From contig CAVXRD010000003.1 in assembly GCA_963764165.1 (NCBI GenBank), positions 352,001 through 416,000 on the forward strand: a DNA stretch of 64,000 nucleotides. The letters run 5' to 3'. Shown in pieces: positions 1 to 10,430 of this stretch; the stretch's first letter is position 1; the number at the start of each line of letters is the position of its first letter. Source of the stretch: an uncultured Verrucomicrobiae bacterium (lineage in GTDB: Bacteria; Verrucomicrobiota; Verrucomicrobiia; Limisphaerales; Palsa-1400). The position numbers were made by a program, and so were the translations under genes. The notes beneath the pieces were generated by a model. That model had not been told where the DNA came from and ran no database searches. It was given only the letters and a program-made list of their open reading frames with translations.

Positions 1-3000
1 TCGACGCCGAGATTGAATTGGACATCCGCGAAGCGCCCTTGCGCGAATTGTTGCTGCGCGTCCCGCGCGGATTCGCTGTCGCGCGCCTGAACGCGCCGTC
101 GCTGAGCGACAGCGATTATGCGCTGTCCGGCCCGGCGGATTCCGCGCAGACGGATTTGCGCCTGACGTTCGGCCAGCCTCTTACCGGGAGGCAACTGATC
201 CAGTTGCGGCTGGAGCGAAATCAGGGCGCGGGCGAAACAAACTGGAGCCTCCCGCGCATCGATGTGGCCAAGGCCGCCACCGTGCGTGGATTCGCGGGTT
301 TGGCGGCGGATGCGGGCTTCCGCCTGACGACGGATCGCTCGCAGGGATTGACGGAGATGGCGCCGGCCTTCTTTCCCGGCAAGCTGCCCGGCATACAATC
401 TTCCTTTCGCTTGACAGATCCCAATTGGTCGGCGGTTGTCAAAGTGGAACGCCTGCCCCAAACCGTCCAGGCCAGCGTGCTCCATTTGTTTTCCATTGGT
501 GAAGGCATCGCCTACGGCAGCAGCGTCATCAACTACGTGATTTCCGGCGCGCCGGTTTCGAGTTTCCGAATCGAGTTATCCAACGATTGCGCGAATGTGG
601 AATTCACCGGGAAAGACATCCGTGGCTGGCAGACCAACGCGGGCGGATACGTCGTGCAACTACACACGCCGGTCTCCGGCGCCTACACGCTGCTAGCCAC
701 TTACGAGCGGCCCTTCAAGGCGCAAGGCGATCAAGTCGAGTTTGTGGGCGCGCGCCCGCTGGATGCGCAATCCGAGCAAGGCTACACGCTGGTGACCAGC
801 GCCTATCAATTCCAGGTGAAACCGGAAGAAGTCTCCCCTGCCCTTCTCCCGCTGGAACCGGCCGAAGTGCCGCCCGAATACCGCCTTTTCACGGATGCGC
901 CGCTGCTAGCCGCGTATCGCTACGGCTCGCGCCCGTTCAATTTGCGCCTTAGCTTGAGCCCGCTGGCGCAGGGCGATTCGCTGAAACAGGTCGTCGACCG
1001 CGCGTTGCTGGAGACGCACATCTCGAAGGAAGGCCAGGCGGTCACCTCGATTCGTTACTTCATCAAAAATCGCGGTCGCCCTGACTTTCGCTTGACAGTG
1101 CCGAAAAGCGCCCAACTTTGGTCGGCTCTCGTCAATGGCGTGGCTGCAACGCCGGTCGTCGATGGCCCCGCCAGCCTGATTCCGCTGCCGCAAAGCGCCG
1201 ATCCGAACGCGGTGCTGGAACTCGATTTGAAAATGGCCGCCGCCGCGGCGCAACCGGAACTCGTGCATATCGAAGCGCCTGTGACCGACGCGCCTGTCAT
1301 GCTGGCGGAATGGAAATTGGAACCGGATACGGGCCGCCGCCTCGTTTACCAAACCGGCAGTGTTTCCCCGGACGGCGGCACGGTGGATGTTTCGGGTTTC
1401 GCGCAACTGGCGCGCCTATGGCATGGAAAATCTTGGGCCGATTCGCGCGCCATCCAGCCGTCAAACATAACTTTGCTCGCGCCCGTGCAGCAGGCCGGAA
1501 GCCCTTTGAAAATCACAGTGCAAAATGTGCCAGTGAAAGAGGCCGCCACCGCCTGGATCGGTTGGATATGGCCGGCCGGAATCGCCGTCGTGGCGTGGAT
1601 CGCCGGATTGCTCTCCGGCGCTGTCATGAAGTTCCTTTGCCGCGCGGCCGCATGGACCCTTCTTGCATGGGCCGCATTGCGAACACCCAATGGCGCGGGC
1701 GCATTTATTTGGGTCTTGGTGGCGTGCGCCGCCATTCACGGGCTATGGCCGCTCTCCAGACGGCTGCGCCATTGGAAACCTCTCGCGCCTGGCGCGCCCG
1801 CCACGGCTGCGCTTTTGGCGTTTGGAATCTTTTGTTTGACTCAAAGTTCGGCTTTTGGCGACAGCGCTAATCCGGATTCGGTAACGCAAACAGTGCGGGT
1901 TGAGGATCGATTTGCATTGGGCTCAGCCAAAATTCACTGGCAGGCCGAGAAAGGACAATCGCTTTCCCTTGTGTCGAGCAATGCGGTTTTGACTGCGGCG
2001 CATTTTCCTGTTGAAGCGCTGGAGTTGGTTTCCGCAACCGGCAAGGATCGCATTGTTGCCAAAAAGACCGGCGCCTGGGATATCGATGTTCGCTACGAAG
2101 CCGCGCTGACGACGAATCAGGGGCAGATTGGCTTTAGCCTGCCGACGCCTAGCGGATTGGTAAATCGCTTGGAACTGACGGTGGCCGGACGTGATGTCGA
2201 TGCGGCGTCGCCTGATTCGGTTTCCACGCAGTGCGAATATGTGAGCAGCAACACGACCGCGCGATTCGTTCTAAAACCCGGTCCGGCGTGGATCGGATGG
2301 AAGCCCCGCAGCCGCGACGCGGCCAAGGAAAAAGCCGTGTTCTACGCCGAGATTTCGCCCGTTTACGTTCCGAGCGCCGGCGTTGTTGAAGGCATTCACG
2401 CGGTGGTGATTCGCCCCGCCCAAGGCGAAGTGGGCGAACTTCTTCTGCGCGTTCCCGCAGGCGCGACCGTGACGGATGTCTCGGGCGCGGGCGAAAGCAA
2501 GACAGTTGTGTCGGTCTGGCGCTTTGATCCGGACACGCGCCAATTGCGCGTCAACTTGAACCCGCCGCAATCGCGCTCCTTCACGCTTTCGGTGAGAACC
2601 CGCCAAGCGGTCGGGCCATTCCCAATCGAACAATCCATCGGGCTTCTGGGCGTTGAAAACGCCGCCAGCCAAATCGGCCTGGCGGGACTGGCGACGGGAA
2701 GCGACGTCCAGCTCGATTCCGCCACTGCGCCCGCATTTTCGCCGATTAATCTCGAAGATTTTCCCAGCGATGCCGTCGCGGCGCTGCAACCGGAGATTCC
2801 CGGCTTAACGCTCCGCCGCGCCTTCCGCTATACCAACAGCGCAGCCGCCATTTCCATTAAAGCCTCTGCGGTTGAGCCTGATGTGCGGGTGGAAACACAA
2901 GACACATTGTCACTCGGCGAAGATCGAACGGTGCTGGCGGATAACGTGACCTTGGACATTCGCCGGGCCGGAATTTTCGATTGGAGCTTCGCGCTTCCCG

Positions 3001-5009
3001 CCGGTTTTGAAGTCGAATCCATCAGCGGCGCTTCGCTGAGCCAATGGACGGAATCGAAATCCGGCGCGGATCGAATCATCACGCTGCATTTGCTCGGCAA
3101 GACCACCGGCGCGCAATCGTTCGCGCTGAGTTTGGCGGGCGCGGGCGTCAAGACGGCGCACGGCTGGACCGCGCCGCAAATTGTGATTCGCGAAGCCGCC
3201 AAACAACAGGGAACTTACATGATCGTGCCCGAACAGGGCATGCGCCTGCAAACCACCATCCGCGAAGGCTGCACGCAACTGGATCCGCAAAAGTCTGGCA
3301 TCCGCCAGCGCGGAGTGCTGGCCTTCCGCATTCTGCAAGCGCCGTCCAGGCTTGTTATTGACATCGACCAGGTCGATGCGTGGGTGCAAGTCACCGGCTG
3401 GCAGCACGCCGACATCAGCCAGGCGCAAATCAAGGTCAGCGCCAGCTTCCAATACCAGATTGAAAACACGGGACTGAAATCGTTCCGCCTGCGCCTGCCG
3501 ACGGAAGCGCAAGGCGTCCGCTTCCAAGGCGAACAGGTTGGCGATTTCCTTCAGGAACCCGGCCCGGCGACGAATGGCCTTCAGACGTGGGAAGTGAAAT
3601 TGCGCCGCCGCGTGATGGGGCCATTCCTGCTGCAATTGAATTACGAAATTCCGCTGACCTCGCAAACGGCATCGCTGTCCGTGCGGGGCATCGAAGCGCA
3701 GGACGTGAATTCGCAGCGCGGATTTGTCACGGTGCAATCCGACCCCCGCATTGAAGTGAGCGTGGACGCGGTGCCTGCCGCTTTGCAGCCGGCGGAGTGG
3801 CAAAGCATCCCGCGCGAGTTGAAACGCGATCTCCCCACCGCCGCCGCCAGCCTCGCCTACCGCCTGGTCGAACCTGGATTTCAACTGCCGTTGAAACTTG
3901 TGCGGCACGAAGCGGCGAAATTGCTGCCAGCCAGAGTCAACTATATTGAATTGAGCTCGGCCGTCGCCGATGACGGCGTCATGCTGACCCAGGCCCGGCT
4001 GGAGATTGTGCCGGGCGACAAGCGGCTGCTGAGTTTGAGCCTGCCGCCGACCGCGCGCTTTTGGTTTGCGTTCGTCAACGACAGCGGCGTCTGGCCCTGG
4101 CGCGATTCCACCAACGTGCTCATTCCGCTGGAGCAGCAATCCGCCGGGAACAAGCCGGCCACGGTCGAAATTTATTACAGTTGCCAGGCGGGGTCGGCTT
4201 CGGAAAGCGCGTTGAACATGGATCTCGCCGCGCCGAAATTTGATCTGCCGCTGGAAAACATCACGTGGCATGTCTCGCTCGGGCAAAAGTGGCATGTGCA
4301 GAGCAGCTCGGGAGCGCTGCAATTGGAGCGCGCCGAGACTGAGGCGGCGGCGGACCCCGCGAGCACGCAAGCGTATCTGGCCAACGAAACGAATCTCCGC
4401 AAAGCCCGCACCGCGGAAGCCGAGCAATTTCTCGCGCTCGGAAATAATTCGCTGCAAACCGGCGATCCGCAACAGGCCCGCCGCGCGTTCCAGGCGGCCT
4501 ACGGATTGTCGAGGGACGACGCCGCGTTCAACGAGGACGCGCGGGTGCAATTGCACAACGTCAAATTGCAGGAGGCCCTGATCGGTTTCAACGCGCGGCA
4601 ATCAAGCGTCTCCGGCGACGCTGGAGCGCTGGGCGGAAAATTCCGCGCACTGCGCGGCAATGCGGCGCTCAATTACACGCAGCAGGACGCCAAAGACATT
4701 CTTGACAACAATTCCGCCGACGACAACGCGGCCTTCATGCGCCAATCAGAGAAGCTGGTGCAGCAGCAGGACGCCGCCGTGACAACTCCCGCCGCCATTC
4801 GCGCGAACATCCCCCAGCAAGGCCAGCGCCTGACCTTTCGCCGCTCGGTGGCGGTGGATTCGTGGGCGAGCCTGAATGTCAGCGTTGAAACGGTGCTGGA
4901 GCGGCATGGTACCATCGCGGGGCGCGCGGTTATTTTGGGAGGCGTGCTCATTTTCTTTGCCATCATGGCCGCGTTCGAATCCGGCCTGCTCCGCCCGGCT
5001 CGCTCGTGA
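1..5009 (+). CDS. Large hypothetical membrane protein, 5'-truncated by the window edge (>1663 aa)
   Basis: The frame is open from position 3 to the TGA ending at 5009. Beta-rich modules recur (GFAGLAADAGFRL / GTYMIVPEQGMRL / GFVTVQSDPRIEV). A hydrophobic helix cluster lies at about 1550-1860, with a TPR-like helical segment and a TM helix at the C-terminus. Confidence 0.85.
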   Translation, partial: DAEIELDIREAPLRELLLRVPRGFAVARLNAPSLSDSDYALSGPADSAQTDLRLTFGQPLTGRQLIQLRLERNQGAGETNWSLPRIDVAKAATVRGFAGLAADAGFRLTTDRSQGLTEMAPAFFPGKLPGIQSSFRLTDPNWSAVVKVERLPQTVQASVLHLFSIGEGIAYGSSVINYVISGAPVSSFRIELSNDCANVEFTGKDIRGWQTNAGGYVVQLHTPVSGAYTLLATYERPFKAQGDQVEFVGARPLDAQSEQGYTLVTSAYQFQVKPEEVSPALLPLEPAEVPPEYRLFTDAPLLAAYRYGSRPFNLRLSLSPLAQGDSLKQVVDRALLETHISKEGQAVTSIRYFIKNRGRPDFRLTVPKSAQLWSALVNGVAATPVVDGPASLIPLPQSADPNAVLELDLKMAAAAAQPELVHIEAPVTDAPVMLAEWKLEPDTGRRLVYQTGSVSPDGGTVDVSGFAQLARLWHGKSWADSRAIQPSNITLLAPVQQAGSPLKITVQNVPVKEAATAWIGWIWPAGIAVVAWIAGLLSGAVMKFLCRAAAWTLLAWAALRTPNGAGAFIWVLVACAAIHGLWPLSRRLRHWKPLAPGAPATAALLAFGIFCLTQSSAFGDSANPDSVTQTVRVEDRFALGSAKIHWQAEKGQSLSLVSSNAVLTAAHFPVEALELVSATGKDRIVAKKTGAWDIDVRYEAALTTNQGQIGFSLPTPSGLVNRLELTVAGRDVDAASPDSVSTQCEYVSSNTTARFVLKPGPAWIGWKPRSRDAAKEKAVFYAEISPVYVPSAGVVEGIHAVVIRPAQGEVGELLLRVPAGATVTDVSGAGESKTVVSVWRFDPDTRQLRVNLNPPQSRSFTLSVRTRQAVGPFPIEQSIGLLGVENAASQIGLAGLATGSDVQLDSATAPAFSPINLEDFPSDAVAALQPEIPGLTLRRAFRYTNSAAAISIKASAVEPDVRVETQDTLSLGEDRTVLADNVTLDIRRAGIFDWSFALPAGFEVESISGASLSQWTESKSGADRIITLHLLGKTTGAQSFALSLAGAGVKTAHGWTAPQIVIREAAKQQGTYMIVPEQGMRLQTTIREGCTQLDPQKSGIRQRGVLAFRILQAPSRLVIDIDQVDAWVQVTGWQHADISQAQIKVSASFQYQIENTGLKSFRLRLPTEAQGVRFQGEQVGDFLQEPGPATNGLQTWEVKLRRRVMGPFLLQLNYEIPLTSQTASLSVRGIEAQDVNSQRGFVTVQSDPRIEVSVDAVPAALQPAEWQSIPRELKRDLPTAAASLAYRLVEPGFQLPLKLVRHEAAKLLPARVNYIELSSAVADDGVMLTQARLEIVPGDKRLLSLSLPPTARFWFAFVNDSGVWPWRDSTNVLIPLEQQSAGNKPATVEIYYSCQAGSASESALNMDLAAPKFDLPLENITWHVSLGQKWHVQSSSGALQLERAETEAAADPASTQAYLANETNLRKARTAEAEQFLALGNNSLQTGDPQQARRAFQAAYGLSRDDAAFNEDARVQLHNVKLQEALIGFNARQSSVSGDAGALGGKFRALRGNAALNYTQQDAKDILDNNSADDNAAFMRQSEKLVQQQDAAVTTPAAIRANIPQQGQRLTFRRSVAVDSWASLNVSVETVLERHGTIAGRAVILGGVLIFFAIMAAFESGLLRPARS

Positions 5010-5011
5010 GC

Positions 5012-5100
5012 GGGGAGCGCGATTGTCTCGGCGGCGGTTTTCGGCGTCTCGCCGAAAACTCTTGCAGCAAAGACTGGCTGGCGGGACGGTCGCGCTCCCC
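5012..5100 (+). repeat. Palindromic intergenic element between convergent genes; possible terminator or mRNA stabiliser
   Basis: GGGGAGCGCGATTGTCTCG (5012-5030) pairs with CGGGACGGTCGCGCTCCCC (5082-5100); all mismatches are G-U on the + strand. Inner hairpin GTTTTCGGCG-TCT-CGCCGAAAAC at 5037-5059. Confidence 0.7.
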
Positions 5101-5111
5101 AAAACCGTTAT

Positions 5112-6110
5112 TTACACCTGCGGTGGAGTCGTTGGCGCCGCAGTATCTTCGGCGGCCTTATACTGCATCCGCGTCAAGGTGGAAAAGGCGTTCGGATGCC
5201 GGAGGTCGGCGTTGAATTCCGCGACGTGGTGGCGCTGCTTGGGATTGAAACCCCGATCAAGAATATACTTTGTCAATTCCTTGAACTCAGGCGTTTGTTT
5301 GACATCCGTCGACATAGCGTGAGGCTCGAGCGGAATATCCATGACAATCCTTGAACCCTCCTGCTGATCGGGCGGAAGGTCTGAAGTCCAGAATTGGGAT
5401 AAGACCACGACGCGCGTGCCAAGAAAAACCGCTTCCTCCAAATTGTGGGTCACGAAAATGACGGTCTTCTTGTAGCGCTCCCACAATTTCAGGATGAAGA
5501 TCTGCAAGTCTTCGCGCGTGCTGGCGTCCAGCGCGCCGTAGGATTCGTCCATGCAGATCAAGTCCGGCATTCCGAACAGGTCAATCGTAATGAGCGTCTG
5601 CGCGATGGCAACGCGCTGGCGCATGCCGCCGGATAATTCGGTCGGGTACTTGTCGCCGGCGTCGGAAAGGCGCATGTCGTCCAGATATTTGCGCGCCATG
5701 TCCCGCGCCTGCTTCCACCAGCTTCGCGAAAAGCGCTGGAGAATGCCCGCTTGAAACTCAAGGCCGAGAAGAATATTCCTCAGCACTGTCAAATGCGGGG
5801 CAATTCCGTAATTTTGAAAGACCACCCCCCGCGTGCGATCGGGAAATGACGGCAATTTCCCCAGCACCTCGAAGTGCTCAGCCCGCTGCACAATTTCCTG
5901 GCCAGTGAACAGTTTAAGCAAAGTCGATTTGCCGCAGCCGGAAGGCCCGACGAGCGAAACAAATTCGCCGCGGCTGACAATCAAATCGATATCGTTGAGA
6001 ACGGTTTTCACACGGCCATTGGCCGCGTCGTAATAGCCATGATAGGCATCCTCAAGATGGATGGCTTCGTTCCCTGTCAGCGCCGGTTTTGGTCTCGGAA
6101 TAAAATCCAT
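5112..6110 (-). CDS. ABC transporter ATP-binding protein (TauB/NitT type)
   Basis: Walker A GPSGCGKS, signature LSGGMRQR, Walker B ICMDE, H-loop VTHN. Confidence 0.95.
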   Translation of the reverse strand: MDFIPRPKPALTGNEAIHLEDAYHGYYDAANGRVKTVLNDIDLIVSRGEFVSLVGPSGCGKSTLLKLFTGQEIVQRAEHFEVLGKLPSFPDRTRGVVFQNYGIAPHLTVLRNILLGLEFQAGILQRFSRSWWKQARDMARKYLDDMRLSDAGDKYPTELSGGMRQRVAIAQTLITIDLFGMPDLICMDESYGALDASTREDLQIFILKLWERYKKTVIFVTHNLEEAVFLGTRVVVLSQFWTSDLPPDQQEGSRIVMDIPLEPHAMSTDVKQTPEFKELTKYILDRGFNPKQRHHVAEFNADLRHPNAFSTLTRMQYKAAEDTAAPTTPPQV

Positions 6111-6114
6111 GATC

Positions 6115-6963
6115 TTAATCCTCGTTTGTGGTGTACCACCTGAACCACGGGAGCTTCAGCACGCCCTGCAAAATCAGATCGCTGGCATAGGCAAGCAAAG
6201 AAATGTAAATGACGTAAGGAATGATCAAGGCCATGTTCATGTATCGCTGCTGGAGATAGATTCGATAACCCAATCCTTCCGTGGCGGCGACGGCCTCCGC
6301 CGCAATGACGAAAATCCACGCGGCTCCGAGAGACACGCGAATCAAGTCGATCAAACGCGGCAGCATTTGCGGAGCGATTATCTTGTAGAGAACCTGGAAC
6401 TGGGTCGCTCCCAGCGTGAGCGCCTTGACGGTCAATTCATGCGGCATGCGCTCCGTCAGACCGGCGATGGTCCGCATCATGGGAATGCCAATGCCGAAGG
6501 CAATCAGGAACACTTTGGAATTCTCCCCCACTCCGAGCGCGACCAGCACGATCACCAAAACCGCGAGAGGATTGACGTTGGATAATCCAGTCACCAATGG
6601 CGACAGCAAAGCGCGAAATCCCGGAAACATTCCCATGGCGATTCCAATAAAATAACTCGCCACCGCGGCGATGCCGATGCCAATTCCGAGACGCTTCAAG
6701 CTGGCCTTGGTGTCTTCGACGAAGAGATTTTTGCCCGAGCGCCGATCTGGCACCGTGATAATGGTCTTCATTGCGTTGTACATTTGACGCACGGAAGGCA
6801 TCAGCTTGTCATCGGGATTTTTCAAGGCCCGGGCGTGGGAAACAAACATGTAGAGCCCGAGCAGCGCGGCCACCGGCAGCAGCCCAAGAAATCGCCCGAA
6901 GACCATGCCGGGCCGGGCGTGCAGGCCCCAAAACAGAGGAATTCTATGTTTCCGTTGTGTCAT
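6115..6963 (-). CDS. ABC transporter permease (TauC/SsuC type)
   Basis: Multiple TM helices, EAA-like KALTLGAT and WIFVIAAE..GLGY motifs. The ATG at 6963 is preferred to the track start at 7002. Confidence 0.93.
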   Translation of the reverse strand: MTQRKHRIPLFWGLHARPGMVFGRFLGLLPVAALLGLYMFVSHARALKNPDDKLMPSVRQMYNAMKTIITVPDRRSGKNLFVEDTKASLKRLGIGIGIAAVASYFIGIAMGMFPGFRALLSPLVTGLSNVNPLAVLVIVLVALGVGENSKVFLIAFGIGIPMMRTIAGLTERMPHELTVKALTLGATQFQVLYKIIAPQMLPRLIDLIRVSLGAAWIFVIAAEAVAATEGLGYRIYLQQRYMNMALIIPYVIYISLLAYASDLILQGVLKLPWFRWYTTNED

Positions 6964-7047
6964 GCTGCGTCGTCTGAATTCATGGACTGCAAATCGGTAC
7001 ACGTTGCGGGGCGGTGGTCAATTCGCATAAGAATCACGAGCAAACCC

Positions 7048-7118
7048 CGGTAGGGCGAGGCTCCTGCCGAGCCATTCCCCGGCACGGAAGGCGGCTCGGC
7101 AGGAGCCTCGCCCTACCG
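7048..7118. repeat. GTAG-type REP doublet (family A)
   Basis: Perfect 26-bp inverted pair CGGTAGGGCGAGGCTCCTGCCGAGCC at 7048-7073 and 7093-7118. An identical unit occurs at 63950-63975. Confidence 0.9.
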
Positions 7119-7141
7119 AGCCTTATCAAGTTCGCTAGCGC

Positions 7142-8221
7142 CTACAGTTTTCCGCCAGCCGCAGCTTTTACGAATTCGCTGGTGTAATGGATTTTCACGT
7201 TTTTGGGATCGCCGATTATTTTTCCGCCCGGCAATTGAATGCCAATGAAATCAGGCGATTGCGCCCCCTGCCCCAAAAGTCCGTGGTCGAAACAGAATTT
7301 GGTGACTGTTTTCGCTGTGCTCTCAAGGGCCGGGCTTTCGATGAAAGCGATTCCGTCTTGCGGGGTGTAGAACATCTTCGTGGTTCGCAATTGCGCTTTG
7401 AATTCAGGCACTGTGCCGCCAGCGAACTTGGCCATGGCCTCAATCGCTTGATCGGCCTGCTTGCCCTGCCCTGACATGACGGCCATCGCTTCATACCACG
7501 CGCCGACCAGAGCCTTCTTGACAGCGGCGGGCGCATCGCGGCGCACAACCATCAGATCCTGGATTTCGCCGGGTATTTTTGAGGAGTCAAATATAAGTGT
7601 CGCTTTCGGGAGATTGCGCACCTGCATGAGAATGGGATTCCACGTCACGGTGGCTCCCTTATCTCCAGCGGTCGCGAAGGTGGCGCCGATGTTGGCGTCG
7701 GAAGTATTCACTTCGGTGACGTCGCCATCGTGCAACCCTCCGGCCTTCAGCGCCTGCGAGAGCAGATAGGACGAGACGGAATCTTTGACAATCAGGACCT
7801 GGCGGCCTTTGACGTCCTTGATGGTTTTGCCGTTGAAGAGGACCAAACCGTCATTGCCGTCCGAGTAATCTCCCACCACGAGCACATCGGAATCCACGCC
7901 GCCGGTGGCCGGCATATCGAGCGTATCCATGATGGTCATCGCGCAGCCCGCAGCCGCGCCGGACGTGTACTGATTGATGCTGGTGACGTAGTCGTTGATC
8001 AAAACGATTTCAACTTTGACCTTATACTTGTCAGCCCATTTCTTCATGATCCCGGAGTCGGCGATGTATTGCCATGGCTCCCATCCGGTGTAATGCGACC
8101 AGAGATAGCGATAGGGTTTGTCTGAATCATCTTCCCGCGCGACGGCCTTGAACGGAAGCAAAGTCCCGCATAACACGGCGGCAAGCGCGATTCCTGTTTT
8201 CCACATTTTCATATTTTGCAT
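7142..8221 (-). CDS. ABC substrate-binding protein, 'putative urea ABC transporter' (urea carboxylase/guanidine-associated) family
   Basis: Signal peptide; family-like motifs WSHYTGWEPW, GIMKKWADKY, VGDYSDGNDG, VTWNP, SKIPGEIQDL. Confidence 0.85.
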   Translation of the reverse strand: MQNMKMWKTGIALAAVLCGTLLPFKAVAREDDSDKPYRYLWSHYTGWEPWQYIADSGIMKKWADKYKVKVEIVLINDYVTSINQYTSGAAAGCAMTIMDTLDMPATGGVDSDVLVVGDYSDGNDGLVLFNGKTIKDVKGRQVLIVKDSVSSYLLSQALKAGGLHDGDVTEVNTSDANIGATFATAGDKGATVTWNPILMQVRNLPKATLIFDSSKIPGEIQDLMVVRRDAPAAVKKALVGAWYEAMAVMSGQGKQADQAIEAMAKFAGGTVPEFKAQLRTTKMFYTPQDGIAFIESPALESTAKTVTKFCFDHGLLGQGAQSPDFIGIQLPGGKIIGDPKNVKIHYTSEFVKAAAGGKL

Positions 8222-8240
8222 TTCCTTTTTTGTATTCGAA

Positions 8241-9530
8241 TTAAGTGTTTTTCTTGCCTGTGGCAGAGAGATCCTGATCGAGATTCAGTGTCACGGCGGC
8301 TTTGTTGCCGCGTTCCATTCTGGCGATGGCTTCTTCGCCCATCGCGGTAAGATTATTCCGTTCTTTAATGGCGGCGCCCATTTGCTCAATGGCACGAGTG
8401 CGGAATGTATCCACATCATCCAGCGCCTTGATGGCGTCCTTCATGGCTTGCGCCAAACCGGCATCGGAAAGCTGGGCGGACGCCGCTTGTTTGTGAATTT
8501 CAATGCCCTGGGTGGCGAGAAGCTTCGCGTTGAAGGCAATCGTCCGATTGCCCACGTCGTCGAGGGCTTGAATCTTGGTCAACACTATCTTCTGGTTGGC
8601 CAGCGCCTGCGCGGCGGTGATGCCGATGAGCAAGGCGGGATACGTCACGTTTTTGCAACGGATGACGCCGCGGATGAGTTCCTTGTTGTTCTGAATGAGC
8701 ACCTCAAACATCAGCACTCCCTGCTGGTTCACCACCAATTGCTGCTGCAAATCGGTGATGCGCTGGCGCAGGCGATAAATCAGCTTCGTGTTGATATACT
8801 TTGCCTGGTCGCTTTGCGGCTCGAACTTCGCCACTTCGGCCGCCAGCTTCTCGTCAATCAACTGGCAGGTCGCGATGTAACGCGTGAGGTCGCGCGTGGC
8901 CTGGCGCATGGTGACTTGCTCGTCGCGCAGCGTGTCGATGTCGCGCTGGAGCTGCTGCTTGCTGAGTTCGACTGAATCGAAAAGCGCTTCGATCACTTTC
9001 CCGGAAGCCTCGAACTTTGTGAAATACTTGTTCAACTTGTGGCCAACGCCGGGAATCATGCTGGCGACTCGTCCCGCCCAGCCGGCTTCGAAGTTAAACC
9101 GGGACGGGTCAATTTCGTCGAACTGGACTTTCAAGTTCGTAAGAGCGTCAGCAATCCCCTGCCCTTCGCCCCCGCCGATCTGGCCGAGTCGCTTGAGCGG
9201 CTGCTTGAGAAGTTCATTGGCGACGGCGGCTTTGCGCTGCTGGATGACGCCGAGATTCTCGACGGAAAGCGCGGCCTGCTCCTGAGCATCTTCGTTTTCG
9301 ACCGGCACCTTCAAGAGTTTGCCGACGAATTCAGTGGCCTGCCGGTCAAGCTCGGGATCCACTTTTTTTTGCACGACCGCCTTGGTGATTTCATCCGGCC
9401 CAAGCAGGCCGAGGTCGTTTTTTATTTTGCCCGGGTCAGCCACCTGTGGCGCTGCTTCCCTAAGGGCGGATTGCTGTTGTCCCAGCATTTCCAGATTCTG
9501 CGTGGGGGCCGCGAGTATTTGTTCTGACAT
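8241..9530 (-). CDS. telA: Toxic anion resistance protein (TelA/KlaA family)
   Basis: All-helical coiled-coil protein with TelA-like segments (LNKYFTKFE, LRQRITDLQQQLVV, LIQNNKELI, LATQGIEIHKQA). Confidence 0.85.
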   Translation of the reverse strand: MSEQILAAPTQNLEMLGQQQSALREAAPQVADPGKIKNDLGLLGPDEITKAVVQKKVDPELDRQATEFVGKLLKVPVENEDAQEQAALSVENLGVIQQRKAAVANELLKQPLKRLGQIGGGEGQGIADALTNLKVQFDEIDPSRFNFEAGWAGRVASMIPGVGHKLNKYFTKFEASGKVIEALFDSVELSKQQLQRDIDTLRDEQVTMRQATRDLTRYIATCQLIDEKLAAEVAKFEPQSDQAKYINTKLIYRLRQRITDLQQQLVVNQQGVLMFEVLIQNNKELIRGVIRCKNVTYPALLIGITAAQALANQKIVLTKIQALDDVGNRTIAFNAKLLATQGIEIHKQAASAQLSDAGLAQAMKDAIKALDDVDTFRTRAIEQMGAAIKERNNLTAMGEEAIARMERGNKAAVTLNLDQDLSATGKKNT

Positions 9531-9551
9531 ATATTTTTCCTCTCGTTAGTT

Positions 9552-10415
9552 TTATTTTTTAAGATCCTGTTCCAGCGAAATCGCCGGAGTTTGCCTGCTG
9601 TTTGCCCTGACTATCATTTGATTCAGCAAATCCATGGCTTCGGCCATCATCTCCCGTGGCGTCTGCGAAGCAGACCTGTCTTTCATTCGGACGGCGGCGT
9701 TGCCCGCCTTGTCCATCGTGGCTAGCGCCTCTTCATTCGCCGCCAGAAGCTCTTCGACTTCCTGCGCGGTTTGATCGTAAACGCCAGCCTGGTCCTTCAA
9801 TGCCTTGAGGCTCGTCTCGTCGGCGTGTGTCCGCGCGGGCTTCTGATCCAACGCCGTGACGCGTCCTTGAATTTCCGCGCGATTCATGTCTTTGACATTG
9901 AGAAGCAGCGTGACCACGCGATCGAGATTGTCCAGGCCAGAACGGTAGACTTGCTCCGCCGTTCCCATGACGCGCGAGAAGGTCAATTCGCTTTCCGAAA
10001 GCACTCTGCGGAACACGGCCAGCAGGTTTTGAAATTTTTCTTCGAATTGCTTTACCTGGATTTCTCCCTGCTGGCATCCGAGTTTCTTGAGATCGGCTGA
10101 CAACTCCGCTGACTTTTGCTTTTTTAGCCTTTCAAATTCGTCGTGCATCCTCGCGTAATGTTCCTGCATATAGGCTTCGCCTCTGCCGAGAAAACGGTAG
10201 GCCAGATGAGCCGCCCCCAACACCACCCCGCCCGTGGCAATGGCCACCGTGGCGGGCGCGGAAACAACCGAGAACAAACCCAGTCCGAAAGCCGTCACCG
10301 CGCCGAGCGCCGGAGGCCAGAGAGTCAGCGGATGCTGGATGGTGTCGAGAAAGGCCGTGCGTCGCGCGGCCTTCTCGCTGAAATCCATCTGCGGGCTGCC
10401 TGTGTCAACCTTCAT
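9552..10415 (-). CDS. Membrane-anchored coiled-coil protein (XpaC-like TelA partner)
   Basis: Two N-terminal hydrophobic helices followed by a long helical region; directly upstream of telA, the position XpaC-like genes usually take. Confidence 0.7.
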   Translation of the reverse strand: MKVDTGSPQMDFSEKAARRTAFLDTIQHPLTLWPPALGAVTAFGLGLFSVVSAPATVAIATGGVVLGAAHLAYRFLGRGEAYMQEHYARMHDEFERLKKQKSAELSADLKKLGCQQGEIQVKQFEEKFQNLLAVFRRVLSESELTFSRVMGTAEQVYRSGLDNLDRVVTLLLNVKDMNRAEIQGRVTALDQKPARTHADETSLKALKDQAGVYDQTAQEVEELLAANEEALATMDKAGNAAVRMKDRSASQTPREMMAEAMDLLNQMIVRANSRQTPAISLEQDLKK

Positions 10416-10430
10416 GGTGGCTCGTTTAAT

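Noticed and set aside
2910..4601. Long alternative ORFs such as 2910-4601(-), 13174-14325(+), 62225-63832(+) and 54171-55220(-)
   Set aside because: Antisense shadows of well-supported genes in GC-rich DNA, with no recognisable motifs.
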